From a virus (Duplodnaviria > Caudoviricetes), in the IMG/VR virus record IMGVR_UViG_3300021560_000023, positions 1 to 51,194 of that record: DNA of 51,194 nucleotides; one strand, 5' to 3'. The notes below the pieces were generated by a model, which was not told the origin of the DNA, ran no database searches, and worked only from the letters and a program-made list of their open reading frames with translations. Of the stretch, positions 8,641-16,313 are shown piece by piece. Every line of letters begins with the position of its first letter. The first letter of the stretch is position 1. The position numbers were made by a program, and so were the translations under genes.

Positions 8641-9317
8641 CGTGTCCCTCCATACAGGTTGATCCCGGAGCCCGCTGTCCACTTGGCGGCCGGAGCAGTG
8701 AGCAGCCAGGACACAACCTCCGCGACCTCGACCGGCTGAAGGTGATCGAACATCCTCAGGTCCTTCCGCTGATAGACCTCCGCCTCACCCCTGCTCAGGT
8801 CCTTGGTCTCCATCAGCTGCTCGACCACCCGGGCTCCCATGGGCGTATCTGGAACGTGGTACGGGTGGACGATGTGGAAGAAGAAGATGGGCGTCAACTC
8901 CCAAGCTAGCTCGCGGACCGCCGCCGCGAGTCCCGCCTTGGCCGCGCAGTACGCCGCCCCGTTGGTCAGTGGGTGATCGTGGGCATACGAGCCCACTAGG
9001 ACAGCCGCTCCGCCCTTGGAGCCACGATCCCTGACGTATCCCCTGGCTGCCATGAGCGGGAGGAGCAGGGAGCCCCGGATCACCTCATGGATGTCGTCCT
9101 CGCTCGCCTGGTCAAAGGGAACCATCCGCGTGTGCCCCAGGGTACAGACCATCGCATCGTACTGCCCCAGGTCCGTCGAGGGGATGCGGTACACCCCGTC
9201 AGTATCCAGGCAGTCTGAGCTGTCCACGGTCCATCCTTCCCGGGTCAACACGCCGCGGATCGCTGACCCGATGTTCCACGGCTCCTTCATCGCTGCTCCC
9301 AGCACCATTGCCTTCAT
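8637..9317 (-). CDS. SDR-family oxidoreductase
   Basis: VLGA..NIGSAI, VLVGS, YCAAK (YxxxK), GSGINLYGG. Confidence 0.85.
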   Translation of the reverse strand: MKAMVLGAAMKEPWNIGSAIRGVLTREGWTVDSSDCLDTDGVYRIPSTDLGQYDAMVCTLGHTRMVPFDQASEDDIHEVIRGSLLLPLMAARGYVRDRGSKGGAAVLVGSYAHDHPLTNGAAYCAAKAGLAAAVRELAWELTPIFFFHIVHPYHVPDTPMGARVVEQLMETKDLSRGEAEVYQRKDLRMFDHLQPVEVAEVVSWLLTAPAAKWTAGSGINLYGGTR

Positions 9318-9954
9318 CGTAGCTCCTCATCAGTTCCATGATTGCGCTCGCCACCCCGGTGAGGGAGGCGAACTCCCATCCACTCCAACTCGCTGCCATG
9401 TTCCACTCCGACCGGCGGAGGATCGGTTGGCCCAAGTGTTCGATGCGCGCCTGGTCCAGGATCCAGGTCAGGTCATCGAGGACCGCCACGACCCGCCGCG
9501 GGTCTATCCGCCGGGCGAGTTCGCCCAGCTTGTTCTCCCCGAACAGCAACCCATCGAACTCGATGTTGTTGCGCCTCGCCCACTCCACGGAGTCCGGGTC
9601 AATCCGGTCATACCGGTTGTGAGGGCGGGTCGTGGTCAACCAGACTTCCGCTCCCGCCTCCCGGAGCAGCCGGGTGAGGTCGCTCGCTCCCGGGTAGGTG
9701 CCCATCGTCCGCTTCAGACCTCCCTGCCTGTACGCCAGCTTGATCGACCGGAACGTTGAGAGGTCGATGCCGAACGTCTGACACATCCAGTCCCGGAACC
9801 GCTCCCCGCCCTCGTACTCGACCCGCTTGGGCTGGTAGCCTAGCCAGCTGCTCGCGAACTCGATGAAGTGGGGGTGATACGGAGCCAGCGTCCCGTCGAT
9901 GTCGATGGCGACCACGGGCGGGACCGGCTCTGAGCAGCGTGAGCACAGCATCAT
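9199..9954 (-). CDS. HAD-family phosphatase (5'-nucleotidase-like)
   Basis: AIDIDGTL, LTTTRP, K, VLDD; N-terminal CxxC. Confidence 0.85.
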   Translation of the reverse strand: MMLCSRCSEPVPPVVAIDIDGTLAPYHPHFIEFASSWLGYQPKRVEYEGGERFRDWMCQTFGIDLSTFRSIKLAYRQGGLKRTMGTYPGASDLTRLLREAGAEVWLTTTRPHNRYDRIDPDSVEWARRNNIEFDGLLFGENKLGELARRIDPRRVVAVLDDLTWILDQARIEHLGQPILRRSEWNMAASWSGWEFASLTGVASAIMELMRSYDEGNGAGSSDEGAVEHRVSDPRRVDPGRMDRGQLRLPGY

Positions 9955-10712
9955 GTAACAGCCTCCGCCGCCTCCCTCGCCCGTTCAAACGCCTCGTGTA
10001 GCAGGATGCCTGGCTTCCACATTCCGTACCTTCCGTTGCGCAGTATCTCTGGGTGGCAGTCGCAGTCCGTCTGGACCACCTTGAACCCCTTGCGGACCTT
10101 CCCATTCACGGCTCCCGGCGGCTGGGCGTACTCCGTCACCCGGTGGCCCCAGAGGTCCTGAGCCCTGTACCAGGCGTCCTGCTCCCGGCCGTTGTACAAC
10201 ACGGAGTTCGTCTCGACCTCCGGCGGAGCCCCATCGACCAGGTAGATGTCCGTCTGTTCAAAGAAGTGGTCGCCATCGCACAGCGCCCACGCCGGAGCCG
10301 TGTTGATCACCAGCCGGTAGTCCTTCACCAGCCGCCGGGCTCCGTGGGCGGTCACCTTCCGCTTCTGGACCCGCTCCCCGTACAGCGCCCACAGCGCATC
10401 GTACGCCGGGGCGAGGTACCAGCCGCCCTGCTGCCCCACCTTGTACCGATCCCAGGACGTGGGCCGGACGTACCCGTACACCTTCTTGGAGTACGTCCGG
10501 CCGTCACCGACCTTCTTGAACAGCATGAGGGCATCAGGCAGGCGGTGAGTGATGTCCGGGATCGCCCCTTGAAGGGACACCCCCAGAGCCATGGGCGACT
10601 GCTCCGGCCGGTCGGAGTAGATGTCCACCCGGAGTCCCGCTCGCGTACACGCGTGCGCGGAGAGGAGTCCGGCCGGTCCACATCCGATCACTGCCACGTC
10701 CGCGTCAACCAT
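9951..10712 (-). CDS. FAD/NAD-binding oxidoreductase (UDP-galactopyranose mutase-like fold)
   Basis: VAVIGCGPAGL, VINTAP, C-terminal GRYGMW; RBS GGAGG. Confidence 0.8.
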   Translation of the reverse strand: MVDADVAVIGCGPAGLLSAHACTRAGLRVDIYSDRPEQSPMALGVSLQGAIPDITHRLPDALMLFKKVGDGRTYSKKVYGYVRPTSWDRYKVGQQGGWYLAPAYDALWALYGERVQKRKVTAHGARRLVKDYRLVINTAPAWALCDGDHFFEQTDIYLVDGAPPEVETNSVLYNGREQDAWYRAQDLWGHRVTEYAQPPGAVNGKVRKGFKVVQTDCDCHPEILRNGRYGMWKPGILLHEAFERAREAAEAVT

Positions 10713-10989
10713 AGTCCTCCGCCTGCTCGACATAGCCCAGGAACCTGTGTAGCTCATTCCGGGCGAGCCGGAGAGCCCTCGCGTACCGCCGCGGCTCGAC
10801 CTCCGCGTCACCGCTCCGGAACTCCTGGAGCAGTGCCTGGAACCGCGGCCCAGCACTGAACACCCACTCGACCTCCTCCTTGTTCGTGGCCGGGTCCTCG
10901 ATGACCTCCATGGTCATGTGACGCATCCCCTTCATCATCAGGTACGCCGCCAGCGGGAGGTCGCCTGTTCTGAACACTTCATCGTTCAT
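10705..10989 (-). CDS. DUF5659-like small protein
   Basis: FRTGDLPLAAYL motif. Confidence 0.6.
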   Translation of the reverse strand: MNDEVFRTGDLPLAAYLMMKGMRHMTMEVIEDPATNKEEVEWVFSAGPRFQALLQEFRSGDAEVEPRRYARALRLARNELHRFLGYVEQAEDYG

Positions 10990-11057
10990 TCTCGCATCCC
11001 TTTGGGGCGAGGGTGTCCCGTAGCCCACGTGGAGCCCCGGGACACCCGCTCGCGTGG

Positions 11058-11864
11058 CTAGAACGGCTCCCCGCTGTCATCCTTGCGCAGCCGCTGGACG
11101 AGGACCGCCCGGGCTCCGTTGGTCGGCAGTTCCCGCTCCTTGAGTTCCGCCTTCAACTCCGCGACCGACAGGTCATCGTAGTTGTCGCCGCCCTCCTCGT
11201 CCTGCTCCTCGTCCTCGCCCTCCTCCTCGTCATCGTCCTCCTCGTCCTCGTCCTCCTCCTCGTCCTCCGGCATCGCCTCGACGATGGCCGTCCGGATGTC
11301 GTCGTCAGACATGGACTTCTTGACCGTGACGTCCAACTCCTCGTCCTTGATGAACTTCTTCAGGCCGGAGCGGTCGAGGCTGTCGAGGTCCACGGCGTCC
11401 TCGTCCTCCTCCTCGTCCGCCTCTGCCTCCTCCGCCTCCTCCGGCTCCGCCTCGTCCGCCTGCTCGACCTTCATGAGCTTGGCGATCCGCGGCCGGTAGT
11501 CCCCATCCTGGTCGGTGTCGGACTTGAGCCGCCCCAACACCTTCATCCCCTCGACCTTGTCCGTGTCGAATGAGCCCTTGAGCGGGAGCCCTAGCGCGGT
11601 GAAGAACTCCTTGGTGCGCGCCTGGACGAATGGGGAGTCATGCTCCAGCAGCGGGTAGTGCCAAATGGGCGCGTACTCCTCCTTGAGCCGCTCGCCCTGA
11701 GCGTTGTGGGTGGGGCGGAACCGGACCTCAAGCATGGCGTTGCCATTGCTGGACGGCTTGGGACCGTCGATGTCCTCGACCGTCAGGATGTACGTCCCGA
11801 CCGGAGCGTGGGCATCGCTCTGCGCATCTGCGAACTGCGACACATCGTACTTGACCTTGGGCAT
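11058..11864 (-). CDS. DUF669-like ssDNA-binding protein with acidic linkers and C-terminal SAP domain
   Basis: PVGTY..SSNGNAML; YDDLSVAELKAELKERELPTNGARAVLVQRL; ends in PF; follows the AAA_24 ATPase. Confidence 0.75.
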   Translation of the reverse strand: MPKVKYDVSQFADAQSDAHAPVGTYILTVEDIDGPKPSSNGNAMLEVRFRPTHNAQGERLKEEYAPIWHYPLLEHDSPFVQARTKEFFTALGLPLKGSFDTDKVEGMKVLGRLKSDTDQDGDYRPRIAKLMKVEQADEAEPEEAEEAEADEEEDEDAVDLDSLDRSGLKKFIKDEELDVTVKKSMSDDDIRTAIVEAMPEDEEEDEDEEDDDEEEGEDEEQDEEGGDNYDDLSVAELKAELKERELPTNGARAVLVQRLRKDDSGEPF

Positions 11865-12676
11865 TAGCTGCTCCTCTTGACTGTGCGGCGGGCTCCCCGC
11901 CGCGGTTGGCTATTGTTCGTCCTCGCGGGCTGTCCCAGCGGGACACCGCGGGACTTCTCGATGAGTTCAACCAGCTTGGACATTGTCGGATCAACGACAC
12001 GGAACGTCTTGGTGTCCATGTCGAACTGATCCTTGGCGTAGTACCGCTCTGTTGCGTGGGTCCGGATGACCCTCCGATTGTCTTGACCTCCGATCTTGGC
12101 GACCTCCATGAACAGGACCTGGTTCATGTAGCCGCAGAACTTGGGGCTCATGTTCTTGCCCTGAATCCAGGGCATCAGCTTCCGATCCTCCGCCGGGTCC
12201 TGCGACGGGAGGAGTTGCGCACAGTGCGCGGTGAAGCCAAAGTTGAAGAGGTCCGGACCGACCACGTGGCGTAACCACCGGCCCAGCCGGGCCATGTTGA
12301 TCCCGTACTCGCCCTGGTCCACGTCATAGCGGGCTCGCGCTGGCTTCTCGCGGACGGCCGTGTCCCAGACGTCATCCAACAGGTGGTCTTGGAGCAGGGA
12401 GAAGGAGTCCACCCACACCCAGTCATACTGCTCGCCCTCGTGGCGCAGGTACTCCAGCGAGTTGTTCATGTCGTCCCAGTCGTCCACAACCCACTCCTCG
12501 ACCCGCCGCTTGTCCGCCGGCAGCATGGCGTCCGTGTGATCGGTGGGCGGCCGGAGCAGGAGGACCCGCCCGGGACTCGTCCCCGCGAGCCGTGTCTTGC
12601 CCACCCCTGGGTCGGAGTACACCGCGATCCGTGCGTGTTTGGAGTCGATGACTGGCTTGATCTCCTTGGGCTTCAC
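11864..12676 (-). CDS. AAA_24 / Sak4-like recombination ATPase
   Basis: YSDPGVGKT, VWVDS, FTAH, YAKD; GTG start with GGAGGAG. Confidence 0.85.
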   Translation of the reverse strand: MKPKEIKPVIDSKHARIAVYSDPGVGKTRLAGTSPGRVLLLRPPTDHTDAMLPADKRRVEEWVVDDWDDMNNSLEYLRHEGEQYDWVWVDSFSLLQDHLLDDVWDTAVREKPARARYDVDQGEYGINMARLGRWLRHVVGPDLFNFGFTAHCAQLLPSQDPAEDRKLMPWIQGKNMSPKFCGYMNQVLFMEVAKIGGQDNRRVIRTHATERYYAKDQFDMDTKTFRVVDPTMSKLVELIEKSRGVPLGQPARTNNSQPRRGARRTVKRSS

Positions 12677-13029
12677 TGCTCCTCCGCGTGTTGTCGGTTC
12701 CGGCCGATTGAACAGCCTGGGCACTTACACTCCTCCATCACCCACATCAGCTGCCACGCCGCGTTCAGGGCGGAGTCGAATGAGAGGGACGCCGCCTCCT
12801 CCGCCGTCTCCATCGCGTGGATCAACTCCTTGTGCTCCGACCAGTTGGAGCCGGGCGAGTTCGCGACCCGCTGGGCGTACTCGCGGAGCCCGCGGGCGGA
12901 GTTGTACGCCGCCGCCGCGACCTGAAGGTGGGAGAAGGGCGGCCACGGAGCCGTGGCGAGGCTGAGCTGGAGTTCCAGCCCGCCCTCCAGGACATCCTGG
13001 CGCAGCTGCTCTCGCGAGGGGACAGTCAT
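12673..13029 (-). CDS. Hypothetical protein
   Basis: ATGA/GTGA coupling at both ends. Confidence 0.6.
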   Translation of the reverse strand: MTVPSREQLRQDVLEGGLELQLSLATAPWPPFSHLQVAAAAYNSARGLREYAQRVANSPGSNWSEHKELIHAMETAEEAASLSFDSALNAAWQLMWVMEECKCPGCSIGRNRQHAEEQ

Positions 13030-14051
13030 CGCCGCTCCGCTAGCTCGTGGGCCGCGTACCCGTCCCAGGGCACCGTGATCTGGTCGAGGACCGCCCGCCA
13101 GTCCCCGCCGGACTCGTGGACCTCGCACGACTCGCGGACGGGACACCCGCGACAGTTCGGGAAGAACATCGTGCCCGGGTTCTTGTAGATCAACGGCGGG
13201 AGGTCCCCGCGTCCATTCTCCTCCCACGCCTTCATCGCCGCCGTCATGATGTACATGTCCGCCGCCTGAGCCCGGAGCCGCTCATAGAACTGCGCCTTGT
13301 CCGCCTTGTCCCGGTACACCGGGACCCGCACAAAGTAGGGCGAGGGCTGGACCTTGGACACGGAGCCGTCCTTGTTGAGCTTCCGCCCCTCGTCATCGAA
13401 CCGGTAGTCAGGGTTGGGCAACGCCTTCCGCAGGAACGTGTATAAAATGTGGTCGATGTCCTCGCCCTCCTTGAGGATGCCCCGCCGCCGGAGCCACGCC
13501 GGTCCGAACGTCCAGTACATGCTCGCCTGCTCGTCCAGGGCCAGCGCATCGACGTTGATGGCCGTGGCCGTCTTGAACTCCTTGAAGATCACGCGGCCGG
13601 TCGGGAGATGGCGCCACACTCCATCCAACGTCCCGACAGCCTTGAAGCGGAAGGCTCGCGGCATCCGCCGGTACACCGGGACCTGGAACACCTGCTCACT
13701 GCTGATGACCTCGTACTCCGCGTCATCCGGCGTGTACTCCTCGACGTACCGGGTCAGCATGCCCCGGCCCAGGTCGAGCGCATCGACCCACGCCTCATCG
13801 GAGAACACGTTGAACCCCTGGTCTTGTAACAGGCTCGCCTGCTCCTCGTACAGCTGCGCGAACGTCTCCGCCGGAGCCGGTCCCCGCTTCCGCCCGGGGA
13901 TGTAGTACGCCGCGAGAGCCTGGTGTACGAGGTCCCCGAACCGGAGAGCCCGCGGTTGGTCAGTGGCCTGCCTTCCCAGCAGCCACGTGAGAGCCCACCG
14001 ATGCCGGCAGGTCAGGAACGTTGTCCGCTCTGAATTGCGGATCAGCCTCAT
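13026..14051 (-). CDS. PD-(D/E)XK exonuclease (RecB/Cas4-like, with Cys ligands)
   Basis: SERTTFLTC, FGDLVH, GTLDG, KEFKT, QASMY, CRGCP...C. Confidence 0.88.
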   Translation of the reverse strand: MRLIRNSERTTFLTCRHRWALTWLLGRQATDQPRALRFGDLVHQALAAYYIPGRKRGPAPAETFAQLYEEQASLLQDQGFNVFSDEAWVDALDLGRGMLTRYVEEYTPDDAEYEVISSEQVFQVPVYRRMPRAFRFKAVGTLDGVWRHLPTGRVIFKEFKTATAINVDALALDEQASMYWTFGPAWLRRRGILKEGEDIDHILYTFLRKALPNPDYRFDDEGRKLNKDGSVSKVQPSPYFVRVPVYRDKADKAQFYERLRAQAADMYIMTAAMKAWEENGRGDLPPLIYKNPGTMFFPNCRGCPVRESCEVHESGGDWRAVLDQITVPWDGYAAHELAERR

Positions 14052-14105
14052 CTTCCGTCCTTCTTTCAGTTGGTCCCCGGGACGGGAACTCCCGCCCGGA
14101 CCCGG

Positions 14106-14135
14106 ACCGTAGCCGATCCGACCGGCGGAGGTCTA
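14106..14135 (-). promoter_or_regulatory. Putative sigma70-type promoter for the replication operon
   Basis: TAGACC-N18-TACGGT, resembling the terminase promoter TTGACC-N18-TACGCT. Confidence 0.45.
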
Positions 14136-14180
14136 GTCCGGGCGAGAATCGCCCGCTATTTAGGGGATATTCCGGGTCAG

Positions 14181-14630
14181 CTATCCGACCCGGTACAGAA
14201 GCTCACAGAGGTCGGGGCAGCCCAACGCCTGCTTGAGGTTCACGTTGAGGTCGAATGCCCGGCCGCTGACGTACGGCCCATGATCGGACATCGTCCCCTC
14301 CGCGCACTGTCCCCGGTAGCAGAACCGCACCCGCGTTCCGCAGCTGAGGAACAACGAGGCGAACCGGAGCCCGGACTGGACGGAGCCGACTCCACAGGCT
14401 CCAGTCCCGTCAATGGTGTAGTAGCTCGCCAACGCCGGAGTCATCGGAGCAGGAGGCTTGCGCCGGTGCCGCCGGTGTCTCCGCCGCCGGGACTCGACCG
14501 CTTGTAGCCGATCCAACGCCGTAGCAGCCTGCGAGGCATACGGCGGAGAACTAGGCTGGGGGTCGGTCCAGGGTACGTCCACGGCTCCCGGGAGGATGGC
14601 AGCGAGTGTGGAGAGGATGCCAAGGATCAT
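14181..14630 (-). CDS. RlpA-like double-psi beta-barrel protein (lytic transglycosylase-like), signal peptide
   Basis: ASYY..TGACG..FASL..CGTRV..DHGPYVSGRAFDL; hydrophobic N-terminus. Confidence 0.8.
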   Translation of the reverse strand: MILGILSTLAAILPGAVDVPWTDPQPSSPPYASQAATALDRLQAVESRRRRHRRHRRKPPAPMTPALASYYTIDGTGACGVGSVQSGLRFASLFLSCGTRVRFCYRGQCAEGTMSDHGPYVSGRAFDLNVNLKQALGCPDLCELLYRVG

Positions 14631-14830
14631 GCCCGCGACCTCCGGGCATCACCCGACCTCGCCCGGTCCGCCCGCTCCCGCTCCGCGGCAGCCTCCCTCC
14701 AGGAGAGCAGGACATCCGTGATCACGTTGATCTGGTCCTCCCGCAAGTGGGCGATGTGGTCCACCACCTGCTGAGCGTGAGTGGGGTCCTCCGGTGCGGT
14801 GGTGATCCCGCTGAACTCTTCAATGGTCAT
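14627..14830 (-). CDS. Hypothetical protein
   Basis: Coupled ORF, high GC3. Confidence 0.6.
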   Translation of the reverse strand: MTIEEFSGITTAPEDPTHAQQVVDHIAHLREDQINVITDVLLSWREAAAERERADRARSGDARRSRA

Positions 14831-15252
14831 CCGTCCATCTCCTTCTCCAGTTGGTCTGCTTTGGCCGCGAACGCAGCCGCCTCCTCCGGCGTACGTCCCT
14901 TGTTGTTCCGCAGTAGCTCGATGCGCCTGCGCTTGTTGAGGTCGGGTCCGCGTAGCTTGTCGATGTCCGCCCGGAGCAGCCGGGCGAACTCCTCGATGTC
15001 GTCCACGAACCAGTCGAGCCGTTCTAGGTCATAGGTCCTCATCTCCATGTCGGTCGGATGGACAAGCTTGAACGCTCTGTTGATGTGGCGGCGGAAGGGT
15101 GTCATCGCCTTCTTGGCATCGTCGAGGGCATCCCACATGAACACCGTCCGCGAGGGCAGCTGGACGTACCTGTAGCCGGAGTCGGTGACCTGGATGTCGT
15201 CCTCCTCCCACGAGTACCGCTTGCGCCGCCAGGGACGCCTCGCCTCAGGCAT
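14827..15252 (-). CDS. Hypothetical protein with C-terminal DUF2786-like helix pair
   Basis: RIELLRNNKGRTPEEAAAFAAKADQL; RBS GGGAGG. Confidence 0.6.
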   Translation of the reverse strand: MPEARRPWRRKRYSWEEDDIQVTDSGYRYVQLPSRTVFMWDALDDAKKAMTPFRRHINRAFKLVHPTDMEMRTYDLERLDWFVDDIEEFARLLRADIDKLRGPDLNKRRRIELLRNNKGRTPEEAAAFAAKADQLEKEMDG

Positions 15253-15442
15253 CGCGGACCTCCCAGTGCCACTGATCGTACAGCCCCGGCCGGTCCTCCT
15301 CCGCGACGAACACGATGCGCGTCCCGCACATCCGACACCGCGGGTCCTCCTCCAGGGCTCTCCTCCGGCGGATGATGGCGGAGCAGGAGGGGCATGGGCT
15401 CCCCTCCTGTCCGTGGGATCGGTGGTTGGGCGGCTCAACCAT
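15245..15442 (-). CDS. Small Zn-finger protein
   Basis: CPSC, CRMC; RBS GGGAGG. Confidence 0.55.
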   Translation of the reverse strand: MVEPPNHRSHGQEGSPCPSCSAIIRRRRALEEDPRCRMCGTRIVFVAEEDRPGLYDQWHWEVRDA

Positions 15443-15611
15443 CGTTGACCTCCCACTCCACCGTCTCGTACATCCCGCCGTTCTCGCCATCGTACTGTTG
15501 AGGGTCCGCGGACTCCAGAGCCTCCCTGATCTGCTCGCTGATCTCGTCCCGCGAGGCGAACTTGCCCTCAGTCCTCTGGACCTCGACCGTCACCGTGTAT
15601 GTGAATCGCAT
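15435..15611 (-). CDS. Hypothetical protein
   Basis: MRFTYTVTVEV...; GGAG RBS. Confidence 0.6.
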   Translation of the reverse strand: MRFTYTVTVEVQRTEGKFASRDEISEQIREALESADPQQYDGENGGMYETVEWEVNDG

Positions 15612-15633
15612 GTTCTGCTCCATCTCTCTGTTG

Positions 15634-15708
15634 TTCTCTGCCAAAGCGGCATGGTTACCTGTACACTAGGCCAGCTGGCTCCGCTCGCCGCCAGAGATTG
15701 GCAGAGAG
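15634..15708. promoter_or_regulatory. Inverted pair TTCTCTGCCAA ... ATTGGCAGAGA (dispersed module)
   Basis: Same motif as at 246, 2938, 25372, 26642, 39765. Confidence 0.55.
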
Positions 15709-15727
15709 CGGAGCCTACCGGGTCCGG

Positions 15728-15919
15728 CTAGGCGTAGACACGCTCCTCGTGGGCCTTGACGGTCGCCCAAGGAGCAGGGGAGCCGACCTTGTAGGTCACG
15801 TCCGCCCCGTTCTCTCCAACGCCAAACATCGTCTCGTACATCTGGCCGCGCTGCGGTCGCCCCTGCTTGTCGGGCGACAACGGCTCCGCGTACCGCTCGA
15901 TGAGGAGTTCACGGGTCAT
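15728..15919 (-). CDS. Hypothetical protein
   Basis: Coupled ORF with GAGGAGGG RBS. Confidence 0.6.
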   Translation of the reverse strand: MTRELLIERYAEPLSPDKQGRPQRGQMYETMFGVGENGADVTYKVGSPAPWATVKAHEERVYA

Positions 15920-16125
15920 CGTCCCGCCCTCCTCGCCCGGGACGAGTGAGAGCGGAGGTCGCCCGCCAACTCCTCCGTCCACTCGCGGACTCGCGCAGCC
16001 CGGAACCGGTCAACACCGTAGTCGGCTCCCTGCGGAGCCCACGCCCGCTGTCCCGCCAGGTAGGCGATGTAGGCACGGAAGTACCTCAGCTCACCCGGCG
16101 TCATCTTCATGTTGGTCCTGCTCAT
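15916..16125 (-). CDS. Hypothetical protein
   Basis: ATGA coupling, AAGGAG RBS. Confidence 0.6.
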   Translation of the reverse strand: MSRTNMKMTPGELRYFRAYIAYLAGQRAWAPQGADYGVDRFRAARVREWTEELAGDLRSHSSRARRAGR

Positions 16126-16313
16126 GACTGCTCCTTCCGCTTGCGAGCCGCCTCGACCCGCTCCTGTTGTTCCCGGAGTTCGCGCTCACGCTGCTCCGGC
16201 GTCATCCGGACGCCCAGGATGGAGGCAATCTCCTCCATCGCTGACGTCTCGCCCCGGCGGACCCGGGCCACGCGGTCCTCCGTGGTGTCTCGCTTCTTAC
16301 CCATCTTCATCAC
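16122..16313 (-). CDS. Hypothetical basic/coiled-coil protein
   Basis: GTGA coupling, AAGGAG RBS. Confidence 0.6.
   Translation of the reverse strand: MMKMGKKRDTTEDRVARVRRGETSAMEEIASILGVRMTPEQRERELREQQERVEAARKRKEQS

Noticed and set aside
11180-11460. TCC/TCG trinucleotide-like repeats
   Set aside because: Simply encode Asp/Glu tracts of the SSB-like protein
13026-14051. Cas4-like nuclease as a CRISPR component
   Set aside because: No array or other cas genes; context is the exonuclease/Sak4/SSB recombination module
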